This document shows, piece after piece, positions 63,456 to 64,000 of a DNA stretch of 64,000 nt. A program made the position numbers and the translations under genes. Positions within the stretch are counted from its first letter, which is position 1; every line of letters begins with the position of its first letter. This stretch comes from a virus: positions 50,746 to 114,745 of IMG/VR virus record IMGVR_UViG_3300032315_000647. One strand, given 5' to 3'. The notes beneath the pieces were generated by a model, which was not told the origin of the DNA, searched no databases, and worked only from the letters and a program-made list of their open reading frames with translations.

Positions 63456-63740
63456 ATGAAAAACACGTACGAAAGACTTAAACCAGAATACAAGAAAGCG
63501 CTTGAACAGTATTATGCAAAACCTTATCCAAATACTTATGCATATGCAAAAGAAAGATTGGAAAAGTATTTCTCTATAGGAGAAGTACCTTTTGGCGTGA
63601 TGGTGGATCTTAAATTTGCTGTTCAAGCATGTTCTCAAGAGTTTCGTGGTAAGAATATGACTATATCAGAAATGTATGATATGTTCTATAAGCCTGATGA
63701 AATGGAGAGCGTAAAGGTTGATGATTTTGTAATCTCTTAA
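63456..63740 (+). CDS. Hypothetical protein
   Basis: 94 aa. Confidence 0.65.
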   Translation: MKNTYERLKPEYKKALEQYYAKPYPNTYAYAKERLEKYFSIGEVPFGVMVDLKFAVQACSQEFRGKNMTISEMYDMFYKPDEMESVKVDDFVIS

Positions 63741-63750
63741 AAATAAATGT

Positions 63751-63826
63751 TGTTGTTCCCTTGAGAAAGGAGATGAGTAAATGTAGCTAGTAGTGTTGCT
63801 ACCAACACAGGGGACTTCTCATCCCC
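63751..63826 (+). ncRNA. Candidate structured RNA: three-way junction plus kissing-loop hairpin
   Basis: TGTTG/CAACA, TTCC/GGAG, GTAGC/GCTAC and GGGGA/TCCCC stems; loops TGAGAA and TTCTCA are complementary. Confidence 0.5.
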
Positions 63827-63835
63827 ACTTTTAAC

Positions 63836-63995
63836 AGTCAGGTGGCGAAATTGGTAGACGCTTTATGTATTTGTGATATAAAAAAATTGCTATGGTCAGA
63901 GTCTCGGCAGAGTTACCGCATAGGTGGTGTCCAGAACACCTAAGCAATACATAAGATGGTGTACAACAATACAGGTTCGAATCCTGTCCTGACTA
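63836..63995 (+). tRNA. tRNA-like RNA (Leu-type D-arm) with anticodon loop replaced by a ~74-nt insert
   Basis: Acceptor AGTCAGG/CCTGACT, D-arm GGCGAAATTGGTAGACGC, T-arm ACAGG-TTCGAAT-CCTGT; 9-bp TTATGTATT/AATACATAA stem encloses 63872-63945; no canonical anticodon and no encoded CCA. Confidence 0.75.
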
Positions 63996-64000
63996 CTAAA

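Larger units (their letters stand above)
1..64000. other. Segment of a crAss-like (Crassvirales) phage genome, probable Bacteroidota host
   Basis: Gene order TerL-portal-scaffold-MCP-ring/auxiliary capsid-IHF-like-ring-muzzle-cargo-giant virion RNAP matches crAss-like synteny; Bacteroidota-type promoters; no host housekeeping genes or integrase. Confidence 0.93.

Noticed and set aside
63836-63995. tmRNA or group I intron-containing tRNA
   Set aside because: Only 160 nt, no tag reading frame, no G3-U70, and the insert is far below group I core size
1-64000. Stop-codon reassignment, known in some crAss-like phages
   Set aside because: Genes are full length under code 11; TAG (e.g. 47599) and TGA serve as real stops; no suppressor tRNA seen

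Overview
The window is a large contiguous segment of a crAss-like (Crassvirales) bacteriophage genome, very probably infecting a Bacteroidota host (TAnnTTTG -7 promoter boxes, A-rich leaders without Shine-Dalgarno sites). It reads in the standard genetic code. About 59 kb on the minus strand is the morphogenesis arm. Read from ~59.1 kb down to 1 it holds small DNA-binding genes, large terminase, portal, scaffold-like protein, major capsid protein, ring/auxiliary-capsid/hub proteins, fibre proteins and a metallophosphoesterase. It continues with a muzzle (tail stabilisation) protein carrying mucin-like Thr tracts, cargo/ejection proteins including a 4256-aa virion RNA polymerase (DFDID), a 1801-aa Pro-poor collagen-like fibre, a LamG-like protein and the start of a GT9-like glycosyltransferase. 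At 59.1-59.5 kb transcription switches to the plus strand: small early genes separated by long hairpins, thyX, a small lipoprotein, and two adjacent structured RNAs. The most interesting signals are: (1) Ser/Thr-saturated virion surface proteins next to a phage glycosyltransferase, a possible glycan-coated virion; (2) cargo proteins built from enzyme cassettes (lytic transglycosylase, zincin-like, GNAT, nuclease), with those in the 638-aa protein delimited by repeated xxxG(G) motifs; (3) an apparently split muzzle gene; (4) two families of operator-like motifs at late promoters; and (5) a kissing-loop RNA followed by a tRNA-like RNA whose anticodon loop is replaced by a ~74-nt insert. Structural-protein names rest on motif recall and synteny with known crAss-like phages, not on database searches.
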